A stretch of DNA of 64,000 nt, taken from an uncultured Clostridia bacterium. GTDB taxonomy: Bacteria > Bacillota > Clostridia > Christensenellales > UBA1242. A model generated the notes under the pieces. That model was given only the letters and a program-made list of their open reading frames with translations, was not told the DNA's origin and did not search any database. Every line of letters begins with the position of its first letter. Positions within the stretch are counted from its first letter, which is position 1. This document shows positions 45,752 to 54,805 of this stretch, one piece after another. Made by a program: the position numbers and the translations under genes. The DNA lies in contig CALVMJ010000002.1 in assembly GCA_944345365.1 (NCBI GenBank), positions 15,517-79,516 of the forward strand, written 5' to 3'.

Positions 45752-47116
45752 ATGGATAAAGAAAAATTTTATAAGGTCTTGGATAAATTAATACTGCCAT
45801 TATTTACTGGTTCAAGCTTTGTCGGGGAAGAGGAATCTTCGCCTAGAGATGCAGAGGTTGCCCTTGGAAAGCAAAACACCTTACTTTTAAAATTAAACAA
45901 GAATGATGATTATAGAATTGCGATAAAAAGGGGTAGGCCTTTCCAACAATTTGAGGTTAATCTTCTTAGAATTGCATTAAAGGAGTTAAACGATATTTAT
46001 GAGCTTCATTTGCAAGATGCTAACTACGAGCAAGTTTTGCAACAAAAAGCAATAGAAAAGGCAATTTGTGAGTCGATATCTCCTTCAACAGCAAATACAA
46101 TGCTTGGATTAATAACAGAAATGGAGTCTTGGTCAAATAGAACATATGAAGGGAAAAGAACTACATTTGGATTAATAATTAATCAATCAGATCTTGAAGA
46201 AAATCAGCAAAAAATTCATTATTCTGATATATTAAACAAGGATTTTTCGGCTTTATTATCTGATGGAAAAAGTTCTTATATAGAGTTTAATAAAGATGGT
46301 TTTTTGATGGGGTATATCTCTTTGGCTAAGGTTAGAAGTTATGTTACGACAACTCCTAATGAATTTGAATTTGTAGCAAGGTATTGTAACGAAAGAAGAA
46401 TAGGGATTGCTCTAACAGAAAATGGAGATTTGCTTGTTTTTAGAAATAGATCATTAATGTTTGCAAAAAGAAAGGGTGTTTGGAATGTTTATAGCCACGA
46501 AGAGGTGATACAGCTTTTATCATACAGAAGCAATCACTCATTAAAAGATATAAGAAGAGCGATATATTTCACGGCTCTTGACTGTTCCTTTGCGTATAAC
46601 GGAGGTGTGCTAGTTTACTTAAACAAGGATATGGCTCAAAAAGCCCTTGCTTTTATCAATGCAAAAGATATTTTGCTTGAGGAATATTTTGAGATGAAAA
46701 AAGAGTTAGAACTTGATGAGGCAGGAAAGCTTTATAATGTCGCAACAGCTGTTCAAACTAAGAAAATGTTTGATTGCTCTTATGAGGAATTCCTTGAAAA
46801 AAATAACTGTGTAAAGACGCTAACTTTAAGAAAAATTATAGCCGGTAAAAAATTCCAAGAACTTGGAAGAAAAATGAGGGAAGAACTTGTTGGAATGGAC
46901 GGGGCTGTTGTTATAGATTTTGATGGAAGCATAATAGCTGTTGGAGCAATACTAAAAATTGAAGCAGGAAGTAACGAAGGAGGAAGACTCGCGGCGGCAA
47001 TGAATTTGGCAAAATACGGCGTTTCGATTAAGATTTCTCAAGACGGGCAAATGAGAGGGTTTAGTCCTGATAAAAAATATTCAAACGGAATTAAGGCATT
47101 ATTTACGGTTAACTAA
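45752..47116 (+). CDS. Hypothetical protein with two apparent DAC (DisA_N)-like half-degenerate domains
   Basis: ATG 45752 follows AGAGGGAAG. The C-terminal module reads MDGAVVIDFDGSIIAVGAILK...GGRLAAAMNLAKYGVSIKISQDGQ. It parallels CdaA HDGAVII..G.I.AA..LPL...GTRHRAA...VIVVSEETG. An upstream module has TFGLIIN...SDGKSSYIEFNKDGFLMGYISL...RRIGIALTENGDLLVF. Confidence 0.4.
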   Translation: MDKEKFYKVLDKLILPLFTGSSFVGEEESSPRDAEVALGKQNTLLLKLNKNDDYRIAIKRGRPFQQFEVNLLRIALKELNDIYELHLQDANYEQVLQQKAIEKAICESISPSTANTMLGLITEMESWSNRTYEGKRTTFGLIINQSDLEENQQKIHYSDILNKDFSALLSDGKSSYIEFNKDGFLMGYISLAKVRSYVTTTPNEFEFVARYCNERRIGIALTENGDLLVFRNRSLMFAKRKGVWNVYSHEEVIQLLSYRSNHSLKDIRRAIYFTALDCSFAYNGGVLVYLNKDMAQKALAFINAKDILLEEYFEMKKELELDEAGKLYNVATAVQTKKMFDCSYEEFLEKNNCVKTLTLRKIIAGKKFQELGRKMREELVGMDGAVVIDFDGSIIAVGAILKIEAGSNEGGRLAAAMNLAKYGVSIKISQDGQMRGFSPDKKYSNGIKALFTVN

Positions 47117-47120
47117 TTCG

Positions 47121-48251
47121 TTGATTAAAAAAATCTTTTTTGGAAAATATTTTTATATGACCAAAAAAGATTATATTTTTAATATGAGCAATCTTATAAA
47201 AAACAGGGCTATATATCATGCACCTGTAAGTTATAATGGTGATGTTGATTTTGAAAAAATTATGGCAAAAGGCGTGGATCTTTCTTTGCCTGTTTTTATA
47301 ATGGAAAAACCACTGAAAAAGCTTATAATAAAGTCTTTTATAAAAGCGCAAAAGGAAGTTGATTTTAACTTAATTTTAAGAGAAAAAAATAAAAGAATAA
47401 TGAAGAAAATTAAACGATGCTTTGTGATAAAAAGAGAGGAAATCCCATCGTTAGATAAGCTTAATATTAATTATAAAACCTGCTCAAAATATAATAAAGT
47501 TGAACAAGGAAATTATATAAAAATAGGAGAAGTAATAAAGGATTTTGAGGAAAAGCTGTTTTATCTAGAAAAAAAAGATCTGTTTGATGAAGTTTATTTT
47601 ATAGTTAAAAAATATTTGCTTAACGGAGAAAATATTCAAATAGAAGTTACAAACACTTCTAATAAGACAAAGATTTTCGAAATAGAGTATAACCATGACC
47701 TTGAAAGGGGCTATTATAACTTTCAAAAAATTAAAAACGGTCTTAAAATAACAAACCTTTTTAATAATAAAGAAATATTCTTTAATGCAAGTTTTGGCAG
47801 AGTGGAGGAAAGGTATTCTTGTATCGATGGTGTTGAAAACTCAACTTTTGCAAGAATTAATTTTAAGGCTAATGTAATGTTAAAACCATTTGAGAAAAGA
47901 GTTTTTTTTCTCAATCTAGGAAATAAGAACTTTAATCTTGCAAATATATCAGAAATGAATTACTATTTTGAATTATCACAGAAAAAAAATTTTGAAATTT
48001 TCGACACCAAAATAATTAGCGAAAACAAATTTTTTGAAAGAAATTTTAACAAGATTTTGCCTGTTAAGATATGGAGGGCATGGCTTGAAGGGAAAAGGGA
48101 TATGGAAAGCGAAAATCAATATAGTAAGATAAAAAACAATATTATATTAAACAACAAGAAAAAGCCGATTTTTCAGAACAATTCCTATAAAATTAGTGAA
48201 ATTTTCTTATATAACGGAAATGAATATAAGAAAATTGCTAAATCTCAGTAA
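47121..48251 (+). CDS. Hypothetical Lys/Asn-rich protein; central part resembles the N-terminal beta-sandwich of GH94-type phosphorylases
   Basis: A 376-codon ORF in very AT-rich DNA, unlikely to stay open by chance. No SD at any candidate start. IQIEVTNTSNKTKIFEIEYNHDLE and VMLKPFEKRVFFLNLG resemble the RLxLxNxSxxxRxLxxxxYxE and LxPGExxxxxFxLG patterns. Confidence 0.35.
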   Translation: MIKKIFFGKYFYMTKKDYIFNMSNLIKNRAIYHAPVSYNGDVDFEKIMAKGVDLSLPVFIMEKPLKKLIIKSFIKAQKEVDFNLILREKNKRIMKKIKRCFVIKREEIPSLDKLNINYKTCSKYNKVEQGNYIKIGEVIKDFEEKLFYLEKKDLFDEVYFIVKKYLLNGENIQIEVTNTSNKTKIFEIEYNHDLERGYYNFQKIKNGLKITNLFNNKEIFFNASFGRVEERYSCIDGVENSTFARINFKANVMLKPFEKRVFFLNLGNKNFNLANISEMNYYFELSQKKNFEIFDTKIISENKFFERNFNKILPVKIWRAWLEGKRDMESENQYSKIKNNIILNNKKKPIFQNNSYKISEIFLYNGNEYKKIAKSQ

Positions 48252-48316
48252 AAATAGGTAAATTAGCAAAAAAATATAGCCATAATTTTAAAAATTTAAA
48301 ATTTTACAAAAAATAG

Positions 48317-48345
48317 TTGTATTTTTCTTGTCGTGGTATTATAAT
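48317..48345 (+). promoter_or_regulatory. Promoter of rarA with near-leaderless spacing
   Basis: TTGTAT (48317-22), 17-nt spacer, TATAAT (48340-45). The ATG at 48356 is 10 nt downstream. Confidence 0.5.
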
Positions 48346-48355
48346 ATAGAAGATT

Positions 48356-49618
48356 ATGAACAATGAAAAAACACCGTTAGCACAAAAACTAAGACCAACT
48401 AGCTTAAAGGATTTTGTTGGTCAAAAACACATAGTGGGCGAAAATAAAATGCTTTATAGGGCTATTAATTTTGGTCATATTGGTAGCTGTATTTTTTATG
48501 GACCTCCTGGAACAGGTAAGACAACACTTGCAAATATAATTGCAAAATCACTTAATGGAAATTTTCAAAAAATAAACGCAGTTAGTAGTGGAGTAGGTGA
48601 TGCAAAGGCAATCATAGATAGGGCAAGAAAAGATAAAGCAATGTTTGGGATTGATACATACTTACTTCTCGACGAATGTCACAGATGGAGTAAAGCTCAA
48701 AGCGACTGTGTTTTGGAGGCGATTGAAGACGGAAGCATTATCTTTATTGGATCAACTACTGAAAATCCATACACATCTATGACAAGAGCGATTGTTTCAA
48801 GATGTCATGTTTTCGAGTTTAAGAAACTTGATTTGGAAGATATTGTCAATCTTATTAATCGTGCATTAAAAGAAGGATTTGAGTTGCCGATAGAGATGAC
48901 GGAAGGTGCAAAAAAATATCTTGCTGATGCTTGTGGAGGAGACGCAAGGCTTGCGCTTAACTCACTAGAACTTGCTGTTATGACTACAAATTTTTCAACT
49001 GACAAAAAAATTCATATTGATGAAAAGATTATTTCAGAATCTATAAATAAAAAACCCCTTTCAATCAGTGTTGATATGTATTACGATTTATTGTCAGCAT
49101 TTTGTAAAAGCATAAGGGGCAGTGACAGCGAGGGGGCATTATATTATGCTATGAGGTTAATAAAAAGTGGGATTGATCCATTAATTATTGCAAGAAGACT
49201 TATTGCCCATTGTTCGGAAGACATTGGAATGGCAGATAGTAATGCAAGCTTGTTGGCCTTAAACGCTTATTTAGCAATTGAAAAAATGGGCTTGCCAGAG
49301 GGATTATTGCCACTTAGCCATGCAATTATTTATGCATGCGAGGCAGAAAAATCAAACTCTGTGTATTTAGCAATGCATAAGGCAGAAGAAGATGTTGAAA
49401 AATATGGCGATTTACCTGTTCCGAGCCACCTAAAAAATCACCCAGTAACAAATGCAGATGGGCATGGTAAATATTTGTACCCACACGATTTTGGAGGTTA
49501 TTGTAAGCAACAGTATTTGCCAGATGAAATAAAAAATCACACATATTACATTCCTAGTTCCAATGGGAGGGAAAAAAATTTAGTTAGAAAGAAAAAGCGA
49601 GGAAATAAAGATGTTTAA
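48356..49618 (+). CDS. rarA: Replication-associated recombination protein A (AAA+ ATPase RarA/MgsA)
   Basis: LAQKLRPTSLKDFVGQKHI, Walker A GPPGTGKTT, LLLDECHRW, and the C-terminal MgsA helical domain. Confidence 0.93.
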   Translation: MNNEKTPLAQKLRPTSLKDFVGQKHIVGENKMLYRAINFGHIGSCIFYGPPGTGKTTLANIIAKSLNGNFQKINAVSSGVGDAKAIIDRARKDKAMFGIDTYLLLDECHRWSKAQSDCVLEAIEDGSIIFIGSTTENPYTSMTRAIVSRCHVFEFKKLDLEDIVNLINRALKEGFELPIEMTEGAKKYLADACGGDARLALNSLELAVMTTNFSTDKKIHIDEKIISESINKKPLSISVDMYYDLLSAFCKSIRGSDSEGALYYAMRLIKSGIDPLIIARRLIAHCSEDIGMADSNASLLALNAYLAIEKMGLPEGLLPLSHAIIYACEAEKSNSVYLAMHKAEEDVEKYGDLPVPSHLKNHPVTNADGHGKYLYPHDFGGYCKQQYLPDEIKNHTYYIPSSNGREKNLVRKKKRGNKDV

Positions 49619-50675
49619 GAAAAGAAGCGATGGTTACTTAGTTAAAGGTCTAGATACAATTTCAAAGGCAGGCCCATTTTTTATGCCAACAAGAATAGAA
49701 AGTCAAAATACTTGTTTTAATCCGATTAGATGTGAGGCTCTAGATGAATTTATTGCAAGAGAAAAAAGAGCCGGAAACAGCTTTACTTACACACATTTTG
49801 TCATAGCTTCTTTGGTAAGACTTTTTTATCTTAGACCAAAGCTAAACTATTTTGTCTCACACAATGTTATTTACGAACACAAGAATATTGAGGTTTGTAT
49901 GGTTATAAAAAAAAGTTTAACAGATGATGGTGAGGAAGTTACTCTAAAGATTCCATTTACAGGCAGGGAAAGTATTTTCGAAGTAAAGGAAAAATTGGAC
50001 AAGGAAATTGAAGCTAACCTTAGTTTGAATGCCGAAAAATATGACACGACAAAAAAGGCTGGTGCGCTAAATATGTTGCCAAACTGGGGTTTTAGATTAT
50101 TTATGAAACTTGCTAGGTTTATGGATAGGCACAATATTCTGCCCAAATCCTTGATAAAGGCAAGTTGCTTCCATTGTAGTGTTTTTGTTACTAATTTAAA
50201 ATCACTAAAAATAGATGCTATCAATCATCATTTATATGAGTTTGGAACTTGCAGTTTGTTTGTTGCAATGGGAAAGGAAAAAATGGTACCCGTAGTTGAG
50301 GGGAATAAAGAGTTAAAGATTGGAAAGGTAATGAACATTGGAATTAACATGGATGAAAGAGTAGCCGACGGATTTTATTATGCAAAAAGTCTTAGAATGT
50401 GGAACGATATGTTTGCAAACCCTGATTGCCTAAAACAAGCTATGCCTGATGATGGTTCTAAGAAGATGGTAATAAAGAAAAAACGCAAGTCAAAAAAGGA
50501 TCAAACAACAAAAAAAGTGAAAAACAAGAGTGAGAAAACAAAAAAATCCAAAAAAAGAAAAAAAACAAAGGAACAAATTGAAAAACAAAAACTTTTAAAA
50601 AAGCAAATAAAGGAAGAAAAAGAGGAGCTTAGATTAAAAATTAAACAGCAAAAATCTGCTATGAAAGAGTTATAA
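49611..50675 (+). CDS. 2-oxoacid dehydrogenase E2/CAT-fold acyltransferase-like protein with altered active site and poly-Lys tail
   Basis: SVFVTNLKSL, SLFVAMGKE and MNIGINMDERVADGFYYAKSL parallel the E2 motifs TxSNLG, AILGxG and DHRxxDG. There is no lipoyl domain. The last ~75 aa are Lys-rich. The start overlaps the rarA stop by 8 nt. Confidence 0.55.
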   Translation: MFKKRSDGYLVKGLDTISKAGPFFMPTRIESQNTCFNPIRCEALDEFIAREKRAGNSFTYTHFVIASLVRLFYLRPKLNYFVSHNVIYEHKNIEVCMVIKKSLTDDGEEVTLKIPFTGRESIFEVKEKLDKEIEANLSLNAEKYDTTKKAGALNMLPNWGFRLFMKLARFMDRHNILPKSLIKASCFHCSVFVTNLKSLKIDAINHHLYEFGTCSLFVAMGKEKMVPVVEGNKELKIGKVMNIGINMDERVADGFYYAKSLRMWNDMFANPDCLKQAMPDDGSKKMVIKKKRKSKKDQTTKKVKNKSEKTKKSKKRKKTKEQIEKQKLLKKQIKEEKEELRLKIKQQKSAMKEL

Positions 50676-50692
50676 AGAATAAATTTAAAAAT

Positions 50693-50724
50693 AAAAAAAG
50701 CAGTGTGTCTCACTGTTTTTTTCT
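50693..50724 (+). terminator. Rho-independent terminator
   Basis: CAGTG-tgtct-CACTG followed by T7. Confidence 0.75.
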
Positions 50725-50794
50725 TGTAAATAATATAGTATCAATTTTATTTGGTAATTTTTGTGTTTTGTGATAATCTAGTTTAGAGGTAATT

Positions 50795-51082
50795 ATGAAA
50801 AGGATTATTTATTTCATTCTTTCTGTTTTGGGAATTGTCTATATCTTTTCTTTATCAGCAGTTGCAATTGTTCCAGATTTGGTGAGTAGAGGCTGGTTTG
50901 GAGAGGTGTTATACTATCTGAGCGTTTATGGCGGTGCAGGCATCATTTTTTTATTAGCATCAGTTAATTTTAGCGGTAATATTTTTAAAATTATATTAAA
51001 TATTTTGCTAATTTTGGTAACAGTACTATATATAGTGATCACAATCGTTCCAGAAAAGTTTGCTGGGTTATTTGGATTTTAA
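50795..51082 (+). CDS. Small membrane protein (95 aa, 3 TM)
   Basis: SD AGAGG, with the extended -10 TGtGATAAT upstream. Three hydrophobic helices. Confidence 0.6.
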   Translation: MKRIIYFILSVLGIVYIFSLSAVAIVPDLVSRGWFGEVLYYLSVYGGAGIIFLLASVNFSGNIFKIILNILLILVTVLYIVITIVPEKFAGLFGF

Positions 51083-51094
51083 AGGGGATAATTT

Positions 51095-53596
51095 ATGAAA
51101 AGGCTTTTTTTGATTGACGGCAACAGCTTGGTAAACAGGGCATTTTATGCAATGCCTTTTTTGACCAATTTTAAGGCAGAGCCTTCCGGTGCTGTTTTTG
51201 GTTTTGCCAATTTGATTATAAAGCTTATCACCGAGGAAAAGCCCGATGAGATCATAGTTGCATTTGACCACGCAAGAAAGACTTTTAGAAATGAGATTTT
51301 TGCTAAGTATAAAGGAACAAGAAAGCCTATGCCAGAAGAGCTTAAATCTCAATTTCCAGCAATAAAAGAAATGTTAAAACTAATGGGGATAACAACCATC
51401 GAGTCTTCGGGGATTGAAGCGGACGATATTTTGGGAACGCTTGCAAAAACAAACACTGATTCACAAAAAATAATAATATCCGGGGACAGAGATTTATTGC
51501 AATTAATTGATGACAAGACTGAGGTTTGGTTGACGAAAAAAGGTGTTACAGATTTGCAAAAACTTGACGAAAAAGAGTTGATGAATGTTTATAAAATAAA
51601 GCCTTTTCAAGTTGTTGAAATGAAAGCTCTTATGGGGGATTCATCGGATAATATTCCCGGAGTTGAGGGAATTGGTGAAAAGACAGCCTTAAAACTTATT
51701 GAGAGTTATGGTGATATAGATAATCTTTATCAGCATATTCAGAAAATCTCGGGGAAACTAAAAGAAAAATTATTAGAGCAAAAAGAAATGGCCTATCTTT
51801 CAAGAGAGCTTGCAACAATAAAGACAGATTGTGGTTTAGTATATGAAATTTCTAATTACAAATTTCCTTTTAGCATAGGGGTTTACAACTTTTTTAAAGA
51901 CTGGTCCTTTTCCTCTCTTATAAAAAAAGAAAGTTTGTTTGAAGAAATAGAAAACAAAAATGATCCCATAGCGATTGCAAAGAGAACAAAGATTGAAAAA
52001 ATTGAAGATGTTAGCAACCTAAAATCAAAGATAAAAAAGGAGTTTGCTTATTCTTTAGAAAAATTTGAATTTTCTCCAAACTCAAATGAAATTTTTTACT
52101 TAGAACCTGTCTTAACAATGTTTAATGACACTTTATCAGTGGAAGAAATTTTGAAAGAGTTAAAGGAGACTTTTGAAAATAAAGACATTTTAAAAATCAC
52201 AACATCTGCAAAAAAAGATATGAAAAAGCTAAAAGAGTTGTCCATATCTTTGGAAAACTTTTTTGACTTGGAGATTGCAAACTACCTTGTTTATGCTGGT
52301 ATTAAAACTAATAATAATGATATATTTTTAAACGAATATTTCTATGAAAAAGAGCTTTTGTCAAAAAAAATTAAAGAATATGGACTAGAAAATCTCCTTT
52401 ATGGTTGTGAATTTCCTCTTACTTATGTGCTTTGTAATATGGAAAACAATGGTTTTATGATAGATAAAGATTATCTCTTAAAACTAAATGAAGAGTATTC
52501 ATCTGACCTAAAAATACTTGAAAAAGAAATTAAAGAGTTTGCAGGGGAAGAATTTAACATAAATTCTCCAAAGCAAGTTTCAGATGTTCTTTTCAAAAAA
52601 TTAAACTTGTCCAGTTACAATAATAAGAAACTTTCTACACGGGCAGATATACTTGAAGAAATGATTGATCAGCATCCAATTGTAGAAAAAATTTTGACTT
52701 ACAGAAAACTTTACAAAATACAAACAACATACCTTAATGTCTATCTCACAATATGTGAAAAGAGTGGGCCATTGATCCATACAATTTTTAATCAAACTGT
52801 CACAAGTACTGGAAGACTTTCAAGCACCGAACCAAATTTGCAAAACATTCCAACAAGAGATGACCTTGGAAAAAAGATAAGAAAACTTTTCATATCAAAG
52901 TTTAAAAACGGCAAGATAATGTCGGCTGATTATAATCAAATAGAGCTCCGCCTTATGGCTGATATGTCTGGCGAGGAAGAATTAATAAACGCCTACAAAA
53001 GGGGCGAAGACATTCATTCCTTAACGGCTTCTCAGATTTTTAATGTTCCAATTGATCAAGTCTCACAAAGCCAAAGACGAGAGGCAAAAGCTGTTAATTT
53101 TGGAATTATTTATGGTATAAGTGATTATGGTCTTGCTCAAAACATAAAAACAAGTAGATTTAGAGCAAAGAGTTATATTGATTCCTATTTCCTAAAATAT
53201 CCAAAAGTTAAAGAATTCTCTAATCAAAACATTGATTTTGCAAGAAAAAATGGATATATTAAAACATTGTTTGGAAGAATAAGACATATTCCCGAAATCA
53301 ATTCATCAAATTATAACACTAGAACATTTGCCGAAAGGGTTGCAATGAATATGCCTTTGCAGGGAAGCGCCTCTGACATAATTAAATTTGCTATGATAGA
53401 AATCGATAAAAAGTTAAAGGGCTATAAAAGTCAGCTCATACTACAAATACACGACGAGTTAGTTGTTGATGTATTCCCAGGAGAGGAAGAAAAGGTTAAA
53501 AACATTCTTTTAGACTCAATGGAAAATGTTGTAAAGCTCAAAGTCAATTTACCTGTTTCAATAAATGTTGGGCAAACATTGTATGATTGCAAATAG
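51095..53596 (+). CDS. polA: DNA polymerase I
   Basis: 5' nuclease domain (LIDGNSLVNRAFYA, SGDRDLLQL). Polymerase motifs A (ADYNQIELRLMA), B (RREAKAVNFGIIYG) and C (QIHDELVV). The central 3'-5' exo-like region lacks obvious DxE. Confidence 0.96.
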   Translation: MKRLFLIDGNSLVNRAFYAMPFLTNFKAEPSGAVFGFANLIIKLITEEKPDEIIVAFDHARKTFRNEIFAKYKGTRKPMPEELKSQFPAIKEMLKLMGITTIESSGIEADDILGTLAKTNTDSQKIIISGDRDLLQLIDDKTEVWLTKKGVTDLQKLDEKELMNVYKIKPFQVVEMKALMGDSSDNIPGVEGIGEKTALKLIESYGDIDNLYQHIQKISGKLKEKLLEQKEMAYLSRELATIKTDCGLVYEISNYKFPFSIGVYNFFKDWSFSSLIKKESLFEEIENKNDPIAIAKRTKIEKIEDVSNLKSKIKKEFAYSLEKFEFSPNSNEIFYLEPVLTMFNDTLSVEEILKELKETFENKDILKITTSAKKDMKKLKELSISLENFFDLEIANYLVYAGIKTNNNDIFLNEYFYEKELLSKKIKEYGLENLLYGCEFPLTYVLCNMENNGFMIDKDYLLKLNEEYSSDLKILEKEIKEFAGEEFNINSPKQVSDVLFKKLNLSSYNNKKLSTRADILEEMIDQHPIVEKILTYRKLYKIQTTYLNVYLTICEKSGPLIHTIFNQTVTSTGRLSSTEPNLQNIPTRDDLGKKIRKLFISKFKNGKIMSADYNQIELRLMADMSGEEELINAYKRGEDIHSLTASQIFNVPIDQVSQSQRREAKAVNFGIIYGISDYGLAQNIKTSRFRAKSYIDSYFLKYPKVKEFSNQNIDFARKNGYIKTLFGRIRHIPEINSSNYNTRTFAERVAMNMPLQGSASDIIKFAMIEIDKKLKGYKSQLILQIHDELVVDVFPGEEEKVKNILLDSMENVVKLKVNLPVSINVGQTLYDCK

Positions 53597-53678
53597 GAAA
53601 TATTCATAATTTAGAAAAAATAGCTTATTTTATTTGACTAATCTTAAAAAAATGAGATATAATCAAATTGGTGATAAA

Positions 53679-54098
53679 ATGCAATACAGACGAAAGATGG
53701 GAATAGATTACGGAGATAAGAGAATAGGAATTGCCTTTACCGATCTTCTTGGTTTGATTTCTTCGGCATATGATGTTTATGAAAATAAAAACACAGAAAC
53801 ATCGTTAAGCTATTTATCAGAGCTAGCAAAGGAAAAAAATGTTGATGAAATCGTGATTGGACTGCCTCTTAGTATGGATGGGTCTGAAAATGAGAGGACA
53901 GCTGTTACCAAGAGTTTTGGAGAAAATTTAAGCAAACTATCTGGTATCAAAGTTGTCTATGAGGACGAAAGGCTTTCATCTTATGAGGCGGAGGAGATTT
54001 TGAAAGAAGCAAAACTTCCTTGGGAAAAAAGGAAACAGATTCTTGATAAGGTTTCGGCTCAGGTCATATTGCAAAGCTATCTAAACAACAAAAAATAA
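53679..54098 (+). CDS. ruvX: Putative pre-16S rRNA nuclease / Holliday junction resolvase-like YqgF (RuvX)
   Basis: MGIDYGDKRIGIAFTD, IVIGLPLSMDGSE, DERLSS. The start could be 53679 or 53697. Confidence 0.88.
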   Translation: MQYRRKMGIDYGDKRIGIAFTDLLGLISSAYDVYENKNTETSLSYLSELAKEKNVDEIVIGLPLSMDGSENERTAVTKSFGENLSKLSGIKVVYEDERLSSYEAEEILKEAKLPWEKRKQILDKVSAQVILQSYLNNKK

Positions 54099-54111
54099 AA
54101 AGGAGAAAATT

Positions 54112-54537
54112 ATGGCTACTACAAAAACAACAAAAACTGCCACAAAAACAGCAACAAAAACAACAAAAAAAGCACCAGAAAAGAAAGAGGAAATGGTGAA
54201 GGTTGATTTATTGGAAGTGCTTTTAGATGAAAAAAACACAGCTCCAATATTTATGCTTGATGAGAAAGGAAATCAAATCGAGTTTGAACAAGTTGCAGTG
54301 ATTCCTTATGGGGAAGATGACCTCTATTGCATATTAAAACCTATTACAAAAATAGAAGGTATTAATGATGACGAAGCTGTTGTATTCCTTGTAACAGAGG
54401 ATGAAAATGGAGAGTCAATTCTCAAAGTTGAGGATCGTGAAGAAGTTGCCATTTCTGTTTTTGACCAATACTATAACCTTATTGAAGAAGCAGCTGCTGA
54501 AAAAAAGAAGAAGAAAACAACACCTAAGAAAAACTAA
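54112..54537 (+). CDS. DUF1292 family protein (YrzB-like) with Thr/Lys-rich N-terminal extension
   Basis: Core LDEKGNQIEFEQVAVIPYGEDDLYCILKPI...DEAVVFLV resembles YrzB. It is the usual partner downstream of ruvX in Firmicutes. Confidence 0.75.
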   Translation: MATTKTTKTATKTATKTTKKAPEKKEEMVKVDLLEVLLDEKNTAPIFMLDEKGNQIEFEQVAVIPYGEDDLYCILKPITKIEGINDDEAVVFLVTEDENGESILKVEDREEVAISVFDQYYNLIEEAAAEKKKKKTTPKKN

Positions 54538-54637
54538 TAAATTTTGCTGAAAAAGAGTTTTAATTTTTGTATAAAAAAAGTTTTTTTGCCTAACATATTA
54601 TTACAAGGGAAACCTTGAATAATGGGAGGTGAAAACT

Positions 54638-54796
54638 ATGTTTGGAAGAAAAAACTCAAAAGCTAGCAAAGAGTCTAGAAGAAAGAGTGGAAACGCTGAA
54701 GCTGGCATGGATATGTCAACAAGTTCTTCAAGATCAAATTCTTCAAGCAGTTCACAAAGAAACTGCTCAAACTCTTCTAGCAGAAACAGTAAATAG
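54638..54796 (+). CDS. Candidate 52-aa Ser/Arg/Asn-rich small protein (not in the ORF track)
   Basis: MFGRKNSKASKESRRKSGNAEAGMDMSTSSSRSNSSSSSQRNCSNSSSRNSK. GGGAGGTG ends 7 nt before the ATG. Its own strong terminator begins 10 nt after the TAG. Confidence 0.55.
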   Translation: MFGRKNSKASKESRRKSGNAEAGMDMSTSSSRSNSSSSSQRNCSNSSSRNSK

Positions 54797-54805
54797 TTTT
54801 TTGCC

